Program-made: the position numbers and the translations under genes
Part shown: positions 33,669 to 43,554 of the stretch, one piece after another
Position numbering within the stretch: the first letter of the stretch is position 1
Layout of the letters: each line of letters starts with the position of its first letter
The notes under the pieces: generated by a model
The model's input: only the letters and a program-made list of their open reading frames with translations
Database searches by the model: none
What the model was told of the DNA's origin: nothing
NCBI GenBank assembly: GCA_039989895.1
Contig: JBDXGY010000003.1
Coordinates: 21,141 to 85,140, forward strand
Direction: 5' to 3'
Length of the DNA: 64,000 nt
Origin: Hyphomicrobiales bacterium
GTDB taxonomy: Bacteria; Pseudomonadota; Alphaproteobacteria; Rhizobiales; JACESI01

Positions 33669-35177
33669 TTATAGCCCAAGATTGTCAGCGTACCAGACCT
33701 TAATCTCATGCAAAATGGGATGTTCGAATGCACGGCGCAAATATTCTTTCGTGCGCGGTATATGCTTCATATAATGGTCTTTACCATCGCGATATTTTAA
33801 TCGGGGCCAAAGACCGAGCAGCCGCGTGCCGCGCTCTGCCGCAATAATCGCATAATCCCGCTCAAAAGCAATCTCATCAAATGCCTTGCTTTGATTGTTG
33901 CGTGCGGCGATATAACGCTGTTTTAGGTGATGCTCCATCTCTATTGGCACGGTATAACGCGCATCTTGGCACAGGGATGCCACATCATAGGCAGATGGCC
34001 CGATAAGGGCATCTTGATAGTCAATCAAACCAATGCGGTTATTGCCGGATTCGTCAGGCCGCCACATTAAATTTGGTGAATGATAATCACGTAAAAACCA
34101 GCTTTTTTCACCTGTGGAAAGCGTATTAAAAAGCGTCTGCCATATAGCCTTATACTCCGCTTCCACTTCCTCACTGAAGGGTGTGCCCACTACATGGGGG
34201 GCATACCATTCTAGTAGCAAAGAAATTTCAATATCGAAGACGGTCTGATCAAATGTTGCAAGGCTATGGATGGAGCCATCGGGGAGTGGTGCACTGTCCG
34301 GCCAGTCATGTCCGTGAATCTTTGCTAGAATATCCAAAGCGGTTTCATAACGCACGGCATCTGGCGCATCATCAACAATGACGGTATGGGGCCCAAAATC
34401 CTGCATCAGCAAAAGACCTGCATCCAGATCATAGGCATATAGCTCAGGTGCAGGAAGCGCCCGCGCACGCAAGGCTTCGCCAATGGCCACAAAGGGGCGC
34501 ACATCTTCAGCAAGATGAGCAAGCTGGCTGTAGCGTTTGCCGTCTTTGACAATGGGCCCATCGGCCACCGCTGGCGCATCCATTAAAACAGCCATAGCAC
34601 CATCGTTGCGATAGGCTTTTTCATACGCGCGCGCAGAAGCATCCCCTTGCAGAAAGCGTCGCGTTGCATTGCTCCAGCCATGAGCATCCAAAAAGGCGCG
34701 AATTTGGAGTGTGCGGGTTATGCGCTCAGCCCAGCGCTGATTGCCAAAAAAGGCAATAGAACGCCCCTCGCCTGCCACATCAATTTTTAGGGTCAGCCCA
34801 TCTTGTGGCATATCATCTGGTGCCTGCTGTGGCCATTCGACAAGCGTGATGCCACTTTCCAGAGCTTCTTTGAACCCTATTTCTTGAAGTTCGTCAGGGT
34901 CCGTGATGCGATAAAGATCAAAATGCGCAAGTGGTGTACGGCCCTCTTCAAAATGATTGACAAGGGTAAAAGTCGGGCTTGGCACCTCGGCCTGATCATC
35001 ATCAAGAAAAGCGCGGATTAAGGCACGGGCAATGGTGGTTTTACCCATGCCAAGATCACCAGAGAGAAGGACGCAATCGCCAGATCGCAAGGCTGGCGCA
35101 ATGTCCTCCCCAAGCCGATTGCTAGCGGCATCATCTTCAAGCGTGAGTGTCAGAAAAGGGCTGTGCATTTGCATCAC
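33669..35177 (-). CDS. tsaE: Fusion protein: TsaE (t6A ATPase) N-domain + AmgK-like sugar/aminoglycoside-phosphotransferase-fold kinase
   Basis: The N-terminal ~150 aa carry the P-loop GDLGMGKTTIARALIRAF and HFDLYR (TsaE). The C-terminal ~340 aa carry LRDYHSPNLMW and LIDYQDALIGPSAYDVASL (APH/AmgK catalytic and Mg motifs). Confidence 0.8.
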   Translation of the reverse strand: MMQMHSPFLTLTLEDDAASNRLGEDIAPALRSGDCVLLSGDLGMGKTTIARALIRAFLDDDQAEVPSPTFTLVNHFEEGRTPLAHFDLYRITDPDELQEIGFKEALESGITLVEWPQQAPDDMPQDGLTLKIDVAGEGRSIAFFGNQRWAERITRTLQIRAFLDAHGWSNATRRFLQGDASARAYEKAYRNDGAMAVLMDAPAVADGPIVKDGKRYSQLAHLAEDVRPFVAIGEALRARALPAPELYAYDLDAGLLLMQDFGPHTVIVDDAPDAVRYETALDILAKIHGHDWPDSAPLPDGSIHSLATFDQTVFDIEISLLLEWYAPHVVGTPFSEEVEAEYKAIWQTLFNTLSTGEKSWFLRDYHSPNLMWRPDESGNNRIGLIDYQDALIGPSAYDVASLCQDARYTVPIEMEHHLKQRYIAARNNQSKAFDEIAFERDYAIIAAERGTRLLGLWPRLKYRDGKDHYMKHIPRTKEYLRRAFEHPILHEIKVWYADNLGL

Positions 35178-35180
35178 AGA

Positions 35181-37736
35181 TTATTCGGCAGCGGTCGAGT
35201 TGTGATCTGGTTCCATAGGGATCACACAGGTAATTTTTGTGCCTTCACCTTCTTGGCTATCGATAGCCACATGGCCATGGTGAAGTTCAACAAAGCGTTT
35301 GACGATGGAAAGGCCAAGCCCAGCACCGCCACGAACAGACCCTTGCTCCTGACTTTCAAACCGTTCAAATACTTGATTGATAAATGTCTCAGATATACCC
35401 GCACCCCAGTCTTGCACTTCAAAGATAAGATCTTCATCTTTGCTTGAGACAATGAGAGAAATTTCGCTATTTTCTTCGGAGAACTGGATTGCATTAGACA
35501 GGAGATTGAAAAGAGTTTGTATCATCCGGCGTTCATCGCCTATGAAAGTGTCAACATCGGGGGCAATAGTCTGTGTAAGTTTAATTTGGCGCTCACGAAG
35601 GCGGTCTTTCAACCCTTCAACAGCATTATTGATAATGCCGCGAACAGAAACCTCACTGAGAGATAACTCTAATACGCCTGCATCTGCGGTCGCCAAATCC
35701 AAAATATCATTGATAATAGCAAGCACTGACGAGGAAGAGGAGAGGATATAATCCGTATATTCTTGTTGTTTATCTGTGAGCGGACCAATGTCTGCATCCG
35801 ACAGAAGCTGCGTAAAGCCAATGATATTTGTTAAAGGTGAGCGCAGTTCGTAGCTTACATGTTGAACGAAATCCGTTTTCAATTTGTCCGCTTCACTCAG
35901 CGCTTCATTTTTCTCCATCATGGCATTTTCAAAATTAACACTATCGGTAATGTCAACAAAGGTAATCATCCTGCTGCCATCGATCAGGGCATTGGTTGAA
36001 TAACGTATGACAGAGCCATCTGGGCGCTCCATTGTGCCATCAGCTTCATCTGGTTTGTCGCTCACACCCACAACAGCCATCTTCAGGGCATGCCAGTCAT
36101 CTTTACAGGCATATTTTTCAACACAGATCTCAGCAATACTGTTTAAATCCGGATTGGTGACTAAGATTTCATCATCCAAGCCCCACAATTTCATGAAAGA
36201 AGCATTCTTCAGGGTTAGTTTTCCATCGCTTGAAAAAACAGCCACACCATCCGACAGGCGATTTAATGTTTCTCTTTGCAAGCATGACAATACATTTACG
36301 CGTTTTTTAATATCCAGCTCCGCGGTCATATTTTCATATATCCACGTAACGCCCCCACTGGCCCGGGGGCTAGCGACAACACGCAGGGTTTGTCCGTCCG
36401 GCAAATACCATGTGAATTCTTGCGTCTCTACGCTTTGATGAACATCAAGAATGTTTTTCTTCCATTGGCGATAATTCGCCTCGACTGGCAACTTCTCAAT
36501 ACTGCGTAGTTTGTCGAGAATTTCGGAATCATTTGGGGCGCTCGTCAAAAATACCTCTTCAAGTCCGAAGAGTTCGCGATAGGCTTTGTTATGGAAAGTT
36601 AGCTTATGCGATTTATCAAAAATAACCACAGCCGTGGCCAGCTCGTTAAAAGTTGTCTCATGCGCCTTAATTGTTCGATTAAGTGCGGTTTGAGCCTTTT
36701 CCGCGTCGCTCACATCAGTTGCAATGCCGGCGCTGCCGCTCTCAGTGGGCACAGAGACCACATCAAATGTGCAGCGATTTCCATTTGAAATGGCGTTTAC
36801 CCGTTTTTTAAAGGGACTGCCCTGCTCGTGTAGTTGCGTCATTGCATCACGAGCTTCTTTATCAAGTAGTTCTGCTAGTACTTTGGTGTTTGCTGCGCTG
36901 TCAACGGCATCGTGATAAGCCTTATTGGCCCATTTAATAATGCGTTCGCCCGCTTCGTTTTGATGGCCAAGCCATGACGGCTGAGGCAATTCTTCAAGAA
37001 GCGCTTGAAATGTTTTTGCTTCCGAGGATTTTTCCGATAATTGACGCCGAAGTTCCAAAATAACTTGTTGGTCGCCAGAAAGATCGCGAAAGCGCACAAA
37101 AATCTGCCCGCCCATGCTGCGACCATAAGCATCAAGATAATTACCCTCACGTGTCGCAATGGCTAATTGAAAAGCTGTGCCATCAGAGCGCAGTGCTGCG
37201 ATATGGCGCTCAAGACCAGCGGCGGAGGGCGCTTGGAGCCATTTTCCAAAGGCCGTAAAATCTGTAAAGCTGGTTGGTGCTGAACAATTATCTGGTAAGT
37301 CGCCTATAATGGTTGGCGTTTGGCTTGTTGATTGCCAAATCATAAAACGCTGATCGTCGGCCTGAATGAGTGTTTCAAACCGATCAGAATAAGCCCGCAA
37401 ATCTGCCAGTTCATTGGAAAGAACATCACGCTCTTGTTCAGCGCGGCTGGAAGATCGCATGAAAACACCACAACCAACAATCGCAAAGACAAGCGTTGCG
37501 ACAAATGCCGCATAGGAAATGATATTGGATGTCGTATAATTCTCAACCAGAGAAGCTGCATGGAGTGAGGTTGAGGTGAGTAGCGTTGATGAAAGCAGAA
37601 CAGGCAATGCAGCGAAGTATTTTTTCGGACGCGATAAAGCGCTTTTATGGAGGTATTTTACCCCACGAGAAAGCCATCTATCTAAATGCAATTGCATTCG
37701 AAGTCCCCAAAGAATCAAAATGTACTGAAAAGTCAC
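35181..37736 (-). CDS. PAS-domain sensor histidine kinase (orphan, membrane-anchored)
   Basis: H-box HVSYELRSPLTNIIGF, N/G boxes (LLSNAIQFS, DWGAGI, GGAGLGLSIV), and several PAS-like repeats. The start is ambiguous (M1 at 37736 or M14). The stop lies 3 nt before the start of the tsaE fusion gene. Confidence 0.85.
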   Translation of the reverse strand: MTFQYILILWGLRMQLHLDRWLSRGVKYLHKSALSRPKKYFAALPVLLSSTLLTSTSLHAASLVENYTTSNIISYAAFVATLVFAIVGCGVFMRSSSRAEQERDVLSNELADLRAYSDRFETLIQADDQRFMIWQSTSQTPTIIGDLPDNCSAPTSFTDFTAFGKWLQAPSAAGLERHIAALRSDGTAFQLAIATREGNYLDAYGRSMGGQIFVRFRDLSGDQQVILELRRQLSEKSSEAKTFQALLEELPQPSWLGHQNEAGERIIKWANKAYHDAVDSAANTKVLAELLDKEARDAMTQLHEQGSPFKKRVNAISNGNRCTFDVVSVPTESGSAGIATDVSDAEKAQTALNRTIKAHETTFNELATAVVIFDKSHKLTFHNKAYRELFGLEEVFLTSAPNDSEILDKLRSIEKLPVEANYRQWKKNILDVHQSVETQEFTWYLPDGQTLRVVASPRASGGVTWIYENMTAELDIKKRVNVLSCLQRETLNRLSDGVAVFSSDGKLTLKNASFMKLWGLDDEILVTNPDLNSIAEICVEKYACKDDWHALKMAVVGVSDKPDEADGTMERPDGSVIRYSTNALIDGSRMITFVDITDSVNFENAMMEKNEALSEADKLKTDFVQHVSYELRSPLTNIIGFTQLLSDADIGPLTDKQQEYTDYILSSSSSVLAIINDILDLATADAGVLELSLSEVSVRGIINNAVEGLKDRLRERQIKLTQTIAPDVDTFIGDERRMIQTLFNLLSNAIQFSEENSEISLIVSSKDEDLIFEVQDWGAGISETFINQVFERFESQEQGSVRGGAGLGLSIVKRFVELHHGHVAIDSQEGEGTKITCVIPMEPDHNSTAAE

Positions 37737-37844
37737 TCGATACCAAGACTTCGCAATCGAACTATTCGCTCTAAATATTACCGAATCGTTACCAAGATAC
37801 TGTCCGCAGGACTCAACGCGAAGGGATTTTAGATAAAAATTTGC

Positions 37845-37880
37845 AAAAAATAAAAACCGCGCGCCAATAAGACGCGCGGT
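37845..37880 (-). terminator. Rho-independent terminator of ahcY
   Basis: ACCGCGCG-N9-CGCGCGGT stem. A plus-strand A-run at 37845-37856 gives a U-run on the minus strand, about 30 nt after the ahcY stop. Confidence 0.7.
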
Positions 37881-37910
37881 TACTATATCTTGTATCCGTG
37901 AATGCTCAGA

Positions 37911-39314
37911 TCAATATTTGTAGTGTTCAGATTTATAAGGGCCTTGTGGAGAAATGCCGAGGTATTCTGACTGTTCGTCTGAAAGAACGGTTAGTTTAGC
38001 GCCGAGTTTAGCAAGATGCAGCTCAGCAACTTTCTCATCCAGATGTTTCGGCAAGATATAAACATCGTTTGCATATTTCTTCTCAGTTGCATTTGAATCA
38101 GCCCATAGTTCCATCTGTGCCAAAACCTGATTGGTGAAAGATGCAGACATCACAAAGGAAGGGTGACCCGTAGCATTACCAAGATTCACAAGGCGGCCCT
38201 CTGATAAAAGGATCATACGATTGCCATCTGGCTTCTCAATGAGGTCAACCTGAGGTTTCACGTTCGACCATTTGAAGTTTTTAAGACCAGCAACCTGAAT
38301 TTCATTATCAAAGTGGCCGATGTTACAAACAATCGCCATGTCTTTCATTGCGCGCATATGGTCAACGCTGATGACATCTTTATTGCCTGTGGCTGAAACG
38401 AAAACATCCGCATTGGGTGCTTCATCTTCCATGGTGACAACTTCAAAGCCATCCATGGCTGCCTGAAGGGCACAAATAGGATCGATTTCGGTTACCTTCA
38501 CGCGCGCACCAGCGCCCAACAAAGACTGAGCAGAACCTTTGCCCACATCACCATATCCACAAACAACAGCAACCTTACCGGCCATCATTGTATCTGTACC
38601 GCGACGGATCGCATCGACGAGAGATTCGCGACAGCCATAGCGGTTATCAAATTTTGACTTGGTGACACTGTCGTTCACATTGATCGCAGGGAACGGAAGC
38701 TCACCTTTTTTGACAAGATCATACAAGCGCAGAACGCCCGTTGTGGTTTCTTCAGAAACACCACGAATGCTGTCACGCACACGAGAATAGAAAGTCGGGT
38801 CGACTGCTTGACGTTTCTTGATTGTTTCAAAGAAGATTTCTTCTTCTTCGTTGCCTGGATTTTCAAGAATGCTTGGATCCGTTTCAGACTTAGCGCCATT
38901 CAAGATCAGCATTGTGGCATCGCCACCATCATCCAAAATCATATTGGCATAAGAGCCATCTGGCCATTCCCAAATTTTATCGGAAAACGTCCAATATTCT
39001 TCTAGCGTTTCACCTTTGAAAGCAAAAACCGGAATACCTTTTGCCGCCATAGCAGCAGCAGCATGGTCTTGTGTTGAGAAAATATTGCAAGATACCCAGC
39101 GAACTTCAGCGCCGAGTTCAACAAGAGTTTCAATCAAAACAGCGGTTTGAATTGTCATGTGCAGGGAACCTGCAATGCGCGCGCCTTTAAGGGGTTTTGA
39201 TGCTCCATATTGTTCGCGCAAAGCCATCAAGCCCGGCATTTCTGTTTCCGCAATATCAAGTTCTGTGCGACCGAAGTCAGCAAGACCGATGTCTTTTACA
39301 TAGTAGTCAGCCAT
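37911..39314 (-). CDS. ahcY: Adenosylhomocysteinase
   Basis: 467 aa, [16 protein letters not shown]-terminus, NAD-binding GYGDVGKG, and a long-form insertion. Confidence 0.97.
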   Translation of the reverse strand: MADYYVKDIGLADFGRTELDIAETEMPGLMALREQYGASKPLKGARIAGSLHMTIQTAVLIETLVELGAEVRWVSCNIFSTQDHAAAAMAAKGIPVFAFKGETLEEYWTFSDKIWEWPDGSYANMILDDGGDATMLILNGAKSETDPSILENPGNEEEEIFFETIKKRQAVDPTFYSRVRDSIRGVSEETTTGVLRLYDLVKKGELPFPAINVNDSVTKSKFDNRYGCRESLVDAIRRGTDTMMAGKVAVVCGYGDVGKGSAQSLLGAGARVKVTEIDPICALQAAMDGFEVVTMEDEAPNADVFVSATGNKDVISVDHMRAMKDMAIVCNIGHFDNEIQVAGLKNFKWSNVKPQVDLIEKPDGNRMILLSEGRLVNLGNATGHPSFVMSASFTNQVLAQMELWADSNATEKKYANDVYILPKHLDEKVAELHLAKLGAKLTVLSDEQSEYLGISPQGPYKSEHYKY

Positions 39315-39483
39315 ATTTGGATTCCTGAATTATATGGATTTTAAAACGCATAAGGTAAGATCATAATCAATAGAGCCCACCTAGCTCGACGGTTCAATAA
39401 CAGGAGTTAGCGCTCTACACAAGAAGGATATAAAGAAATCTTTATATCAACAAGCGCTTCTTTTAGAGCGCTCTTGGAAAATA

Positions 39484-39792
39484 TTATTCACCTTCGCCGA
39501 ATTTATCTGCAACCAATTGAATTAAGGCGCTAAGCGCTTCCTCTGCCTCGGGACCACTTGCTTTGACATGAATGCTAGATCCAGATGCCGCTGCCAACAT
39601 CATCAAGCCCATGATTGAAGTACCCCCCACGGTCTGATTGTCTTTTGTGACTACTATTTGGGCTTTGAAGCTCTCGACACATTTGACAAATTTTGCTGAT
39701 GCGCGTGCATGCAAACCACGTTTGTTACAAATCTCCAGCATGGCTTCAAAACTAGGATTAGCGGGATCGGAGGATAAACCATTTTGTTTCAT
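39484..39792 (-). CDS. ptsH: HPr/NPr-type phosphocarrier protein
   Basis: 102 aa. NKRGLHARASAKFV contains the His-15 site, and GTSIMGLMML contains the Ser-46-region equivalent. Confidence 0.85.
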   Translation of the reverse strand: MKQNGLSSDPANPSFEAMLEICNKRGLHARASAKFVKCVESFKAQIVVTKDNQTVGGTSIMGLMMLAAASGSSIHVKASGPEAEEALSALIQLVADKFGEGE

Positions 39793-39801
39793 GGGAATGC
39801 G

Positions 39802-40206
39802 TTACTCGGCGGCTAGGACATGGCTTGCTACATGAATATATTTGCGCCCTGAATCCTGCGCCTCAATTAATGCATCACTCATTGTGTGATCGCCGCGCAC
39901 GCTCACAAGTTTGATTAATAGTGGCAGGTTCATGCCAGCAATCACCTCAATGCGACCTTGTTCCATCACAGAGATGGCAAGATTAGAAGGTGTACCACCG
40001 AACATATCTGTCAAAAGAATGGCGCCCTTGCCACTATCAACCGTCTTGATTGCTTGTAGTATGTCATCACGACGCTGCTCGATATCGTCATCAGGATCGA
40101 TACAAACTGTCTCCATTTGTTCTTGTGGCCCGACAACATGTTCTATGGCTAAGCGAAATTCATCCGCCAGCTTGCCGTGGGTTACGAAAACAAGTCCAAT
40201 CATCAA
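39802..40206 (-). CDS. PTS EIIA component, mannose family (regulatory, no EIIB/C/D nearby)
   Basis: 134 aa. MIGLVFVTHGKLADEF carries the phospho-His of EIIA-Man. It sits between hprK and the HPr gene. Confidence 0.8.
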   Translation of the reverse strand: MMIGLVFVTHGKLADEFRLAIEHVVGPQEQMETVCIDPDDDIEQRRDDILQAIKTVDSGKGAILLTDMFGGTPSNLAISVMEQGRIEVIAGMNLPLLIKLVSVRGDHTMSDALIEAQDSGRKYIHVASHVLAAE

Positions 40207-40385
40207 ACCTCTCCGCTAAACCTAGATTACCAATCCATATGCTTCTTATGACGCGGCCCAAGCCGAACTTCTAACCATGCTACATCGAGATGAATTAGCA
40301 AGCCAAAAATGCCATATCCTTGAAAATTTAGCTGCGGTTTTAGCCAAAAAAGTAATTTTAAGAGGTTTTTTGCCTCATCACAGCA

Positions 40386-40874
40386 TCAAATCTCAATCTG
40401 AGTACCGTAATTCTGCACGTCTCTTGAATGCAAGAACATCCGTATAATCGCCGCCGCATCCGGATTACGTTCTACAATATGTATGCGCAAAAGGTCCACG
40501 CCGTTCACGGTTGTGGTTTGCGCTCCTTGCTCAGGATATCGTTCAAAAATATCAACTGGCACAAGATCTACAACAAGGTCCACCTTCGCGACTTTGCGAT
40601 AATTCATGGCGACAATGCCAAGGCCTCGAATTTCTATCAATCCGCTAAGATTATCGGGGCCGCTGACATAAAGTGCGTTATTTTTGTGCTCCAGAAAAAT
40701 ACGATCATCAGCGATCAAAAAGCCTTGTGTATTATTTAAAAGACAATCATCGAGCAAGCGCAGCGTAATCGATGATTTACCGCTACCTGAGGCACCGCGC
40801 AGTAAAATGCCTTTGCCATTTATTTGCAAAGCAGTCCCGTGTGACGTTTGTGAGATAAAATCTTTTGCTGACAT
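40386..40874 (-). CDS. hprK: HPr kinase/phosphorylase, short alphaproteobacterial form (C-terminal domain only)
   Basis: 162 aa with the GASGSGKSS P-loop and LIEIRGLGIV motif. Lies immediately downstream of chvG. Confidence 0.8.
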   Translation of the reverse strand: MSAKDFISQTSHGTALQINGKGILLRGASGSGKSSITLRLLDDCLLNNTQGFLIADDRIFLEHKNNALYVSGPDNLSGLIEIRGLGIVAMNYRKVAKVDLVVDLVPVDIFERYPEQGAQTTTVNGVDLLRIHIVERNPDAAAIIRMFLHSRDVQNYGTQIEI

Positions 40875-40875
40875 A

Positions 40876-42774
40876 TCAAATCAATGGCAAGCGAACAATA
40901 AACCGCGCGCCTACACGTTTCATCTCGCCGCTATGGGTGCGTTTGACAATATTTTCCGCTGTAATTGTTCCATTATGCGCCTCAACAATTTGCTTTGAAA
41001 TAGAAAGACCAAGCCCTGAGTTGCTACCAAATGCGTCTCCTTCGCTAGGTCTGTCGGTGTAAAACCTCAAAAACACACGTTCAAAAGCGACAGGATCAAT
41101 GCCGGGGCCATTGTCTTCCACAATGATTTCAACCACTTTTCCTTTTCGATGGGCAATCAAACGAATGGCGCCACCATGAAGGGGAACAAAGGAACGAGCA
41201 TTATCCAAAAGGTTGTTTAATACCTGACTGATCCGACCTTCATGACCATGAACAAAGAGGTTGTTTTTATCTTCTTTAGGCAGCTCAAGAAACAGGGGCA
41301 CTTTATGGCCGTGCACCTCATTTGTGAGAGCCGCTAAAGACGTCAAAAGTTTTATGATAGATACCGATTCTGCATCGTCGCGCGCAAGTGCTGCGTCAAG
41401 CCGTGACGCATCAGAAATATCGGTAATGAGCCGGTCCAATCGCATCACATCATGATTTATAATTCTGAGAAGTTTCTGACGGTTTTCTTCTGTTTTAACA
41501 CGAGGCAAAGTTTCTACCGCACTGCGTAGAGATGTCAGTGGATTTTTAAGCTCGTGAGAAACATCCGCTGCGAAACTCCCAATTGCATCAATACGCGCAT
41601 AAAGAGCATTGGTCATATCTCGTAATGATTTGGATAAAAGCCCAATTTCATCCGAACGCCCTTCATAATGCGGTATTTTTGCTCTGGATGCTCTTGCGCC
41701 CGCCGTACGCACCCTATCTGCGGCATCAGACAACCGCCGCAATGGACTTGCAATCATAACCCATAAAACAATAGACAAAATGATAGTGACAAGGGAGGCA
41801 ACGAGAAAAACGCGGTAAATTGCCAATCGCTCAGCTCGAATTGCCTTGTCGATATCAGAGCCCTCCGTTGACAAAAGCAAGACGCCTAGAACCGCTCTAA
41901 ACCGCTGTACAGGAACCGCAACAGAGACGATAATCTCGCCCGATTCACGCACCCGCACAACGCTTGGTTCACTGCCTTTCAGCGCCAGAGCTACCTCTGG
42001 ATAAGCACTACCATTCCTGCTCGTAGCCTCTTGATATGTTGGAAAGTTTGATTTTTGCGACCATAAGTGGAAGTCATTCCAAAGCCTCTCCCAAATGGGC
42101 TTGGTCGGCGGATTGATCACTGGCAAATCAAATCGATGAATTTGGTCTCCATTTACGAGAAATCTTGAATCTAATATGAGTTCTCCATTGCGATCATAAA
42201 TGCGCGCGCGTAGCTTTTTGGGATCGAACAAGCGTGTAAGGAGAGGCGCGACCTTTTGTGGATCTATTGGAAAATCCAATGTATCCACGTCAGGTAAAAT
42301 AGTGCTGCCAGGTCCGCCAACCTCTAGCGCTAACAATTTATCTGGATCAAAAGTTATGGCATCACGCTCGATCGTGGCTTCGGCCGTTATGGCACCTGCT
42401 ATAATTTTACCTTGAGTAAGCAGACTTTCAACCCGCGCAACAATCAGTCCTTTACGTAATTTATTGGAAAGCTGGATGCCAACAACAAGCACGAGTAAGG
42501 CAACAAGATTAAGAACAACAATCCGGCGTAATAAGCTGGAAAACACAGTTGCCCGAATCCAATTAAAAGCGCCGCGTATACGGTTTTGAGGAAGCGGTTC
42601 TTCTGATTGATCATCGTCAGCATTTTGAACGCTGCGGTCGTGTATTTGATCAACATTGGACGCTTTTTTGCTTGATCGTTTGAAAGACGGCAAGGCGAAT
42701 AAGAATGCGTCAAAGAAGCTTCGCTTCCTTGGCTTATCTTTCGTTTCGCATGTGTGATCTACTTCAACAACCAT
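40876..42774 (-). CDS. chvG: Sensor histidine kinase ChvG/ExoS/BvrS-type
   Basis: 632 aa with two TM segments flanking a large periplasmic domain. HAMP domain, H-box SHELKNPLTSLRSAVETL, and an HATPase domain (NLLDNARSF, DNGPGI, GLGLSISKQIV). The chvI-chvG-hprK context is conserved. Confidence 0.85.
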   Translation of the reverse strand: MVVEVDHTCETKDKPRKRSFFDAFLFALPSFKRSSKKASNVDQIHDRSVQNADDDQSEEPLPQNRIRGAFNWIRATVFSSLLRRIVVLNLVALLVLVVGIQLSNKLRKGLIVARVESLLTQGKIIAGAITAEATIERDAITFDPDKLLALEVGGPGSTILPDVDTLDFPIDPQKVAPLLTRLFDPKKLRARIYDRNGELILDSRFLVNGDQIHRFDLPVINPPTKPIWERLWNDFHLWSQKSNFPTYQEATSRNGSAYPEVALALKGSEPSVVRVRESGEIIVSVAVPVQRFRAVLGVLLLSTEGSDIDKAIRAERLAIYRVFLVASLVTIILSIVLWVMIASPLRRLSDAADRVRTAGARASRAKIPHYEGRSDEIGLLSKSLRDMTNALYARIDAIGSFAADVSHELKNPLTSLRSAVETLPRVKTEENRQKLLRIINHDVMRLDRLITDISDASRLDAALARDDAESVSIIKLLTSLAALTNEVHGHKVPLFLELPKEDKNNLFVHGHEGRISQVLNNLLDNARSFVPLHGGAIRLIAHRKGKVVEIIVEDNGPGIDPVAFERVFLRFYTDRPSEGDAFGSNSGLGLSISKQIVEAHNGTITAENIVKRTHSGEMKRVGARFIVRLPLI

Positions 42775-42849
42775 TTAGGATTTATGTCCTTACCAAATAG
42801 CCTTTATACCCTGGGACATAAACATAATACACATCTTGCTATATGACTT

Positions 42850-43554
42850 CTACGCTTCTTTGAAGCGATAGCCCACACCATAAAGTGTCTCAATCATTTC
42901 AAAACTATCATCTACCACTTTGAATTTCTTACGAAGACGCTTTATGTGGCTATCTATCGTTCTATCATCAACATAAACTTGGTCGTCATAAGCGGCATCC
43001 ATAAGTGCATTTCGACTCTTCACAACACCGGGGCGTTGGGCCAGCGCGTGGAGGATTAAAAACTCTGTAACGGTCAAAACAACATTCTGACCATTCCATG
43101 AACAGGTGTGCCGTTCCGTATCCATCACCAATCCACCACGGTCAAGTACTGTGTTTGGGTCGGGCGTTTTGAGTGCACCATTGGGGTCATTTGGCTGCGC
43201 ACGACGCAATATAGTTTTAACACGCTCCACCAAGAGCCGTTGTGAAAAAGGCTTGGTAATGAAATCATCGGCGCCCATCTTGAGGCCGAATAATTCATCT
43301 ATTTCGTCGTCTTTGGAAGTGAGAAAAATAACCGGCATTTCGCTAATTTGGCGCACTTTACGAAGAAGCTCCATGCCGTCCATGCGGGGCATTTTGATAT
43401 CGAAAACCCCAAGGTCTGGTTTTTTTTGAGCGAACCCCTGCAAGGCGGCATTACCATCAGTATAGGTATCAACATGATACCCTTCAGATTCCAGCGCGAG
43501 AGAAACCGAGGTCAAAATATTCCTGTCATCATCAACGAGTGCTATGGTCGGCAT
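42850..43554 (-). CDS. chvI: OmpR-family response regulator ChvI/BvrR-type
   Basis: 234 aa. Receiver domain (VDDD ... DIKMP ... LTSK) followed by a winged-helix domain (LYGVGYRF). Confidence 0.88.
   Translation of the reverse strand: MPTIALVDDDRNILTSVSLALESEGYHVDTYTDGNAALQGFAQKKPDLGVFDIKMPRMDGMELLRKVRQISEMPVIFLTSKDDEIDELFGLKMGADDFITKPFSQRLLVERVKTILRRAQPNDPNGALKTPDPNTVLDRGGLVMDTERHTCSWNGQNVVLTVTEFLILHALAQRPGVVKSRNALMDAAYDDQVYVDDRTIDSHIKRLRKKFKVVDDSFEMIETLYGVGYRFKEA

Noticed and set aside
39315-39483. Possible SAH riboswitch in the ahcY leader (TAGAGC...GGGCTCTA pairing noticed)
   Set aside because: I could not find the conserved SAH-element cores (GAGGAGCG...GGCUC...AACGGCGCUCA-like pseudoknot). 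The stem-loop near 39440-39475 is better explained as the weak terminator of the upstream HPr gene. A cmsearch with the Rfam SAH model would settle it.
40386-40874. The 162-aa HprK looks truncated relative to the ~310-aa Firmicute enzyme, so it might be a pseudogene
   Set aside because: Alphaproteobacteria characteristically encode only the C-terminal catalytic domain. The P-loop and core motifs are intact, and the gene abuts the chvG stop as in other species.
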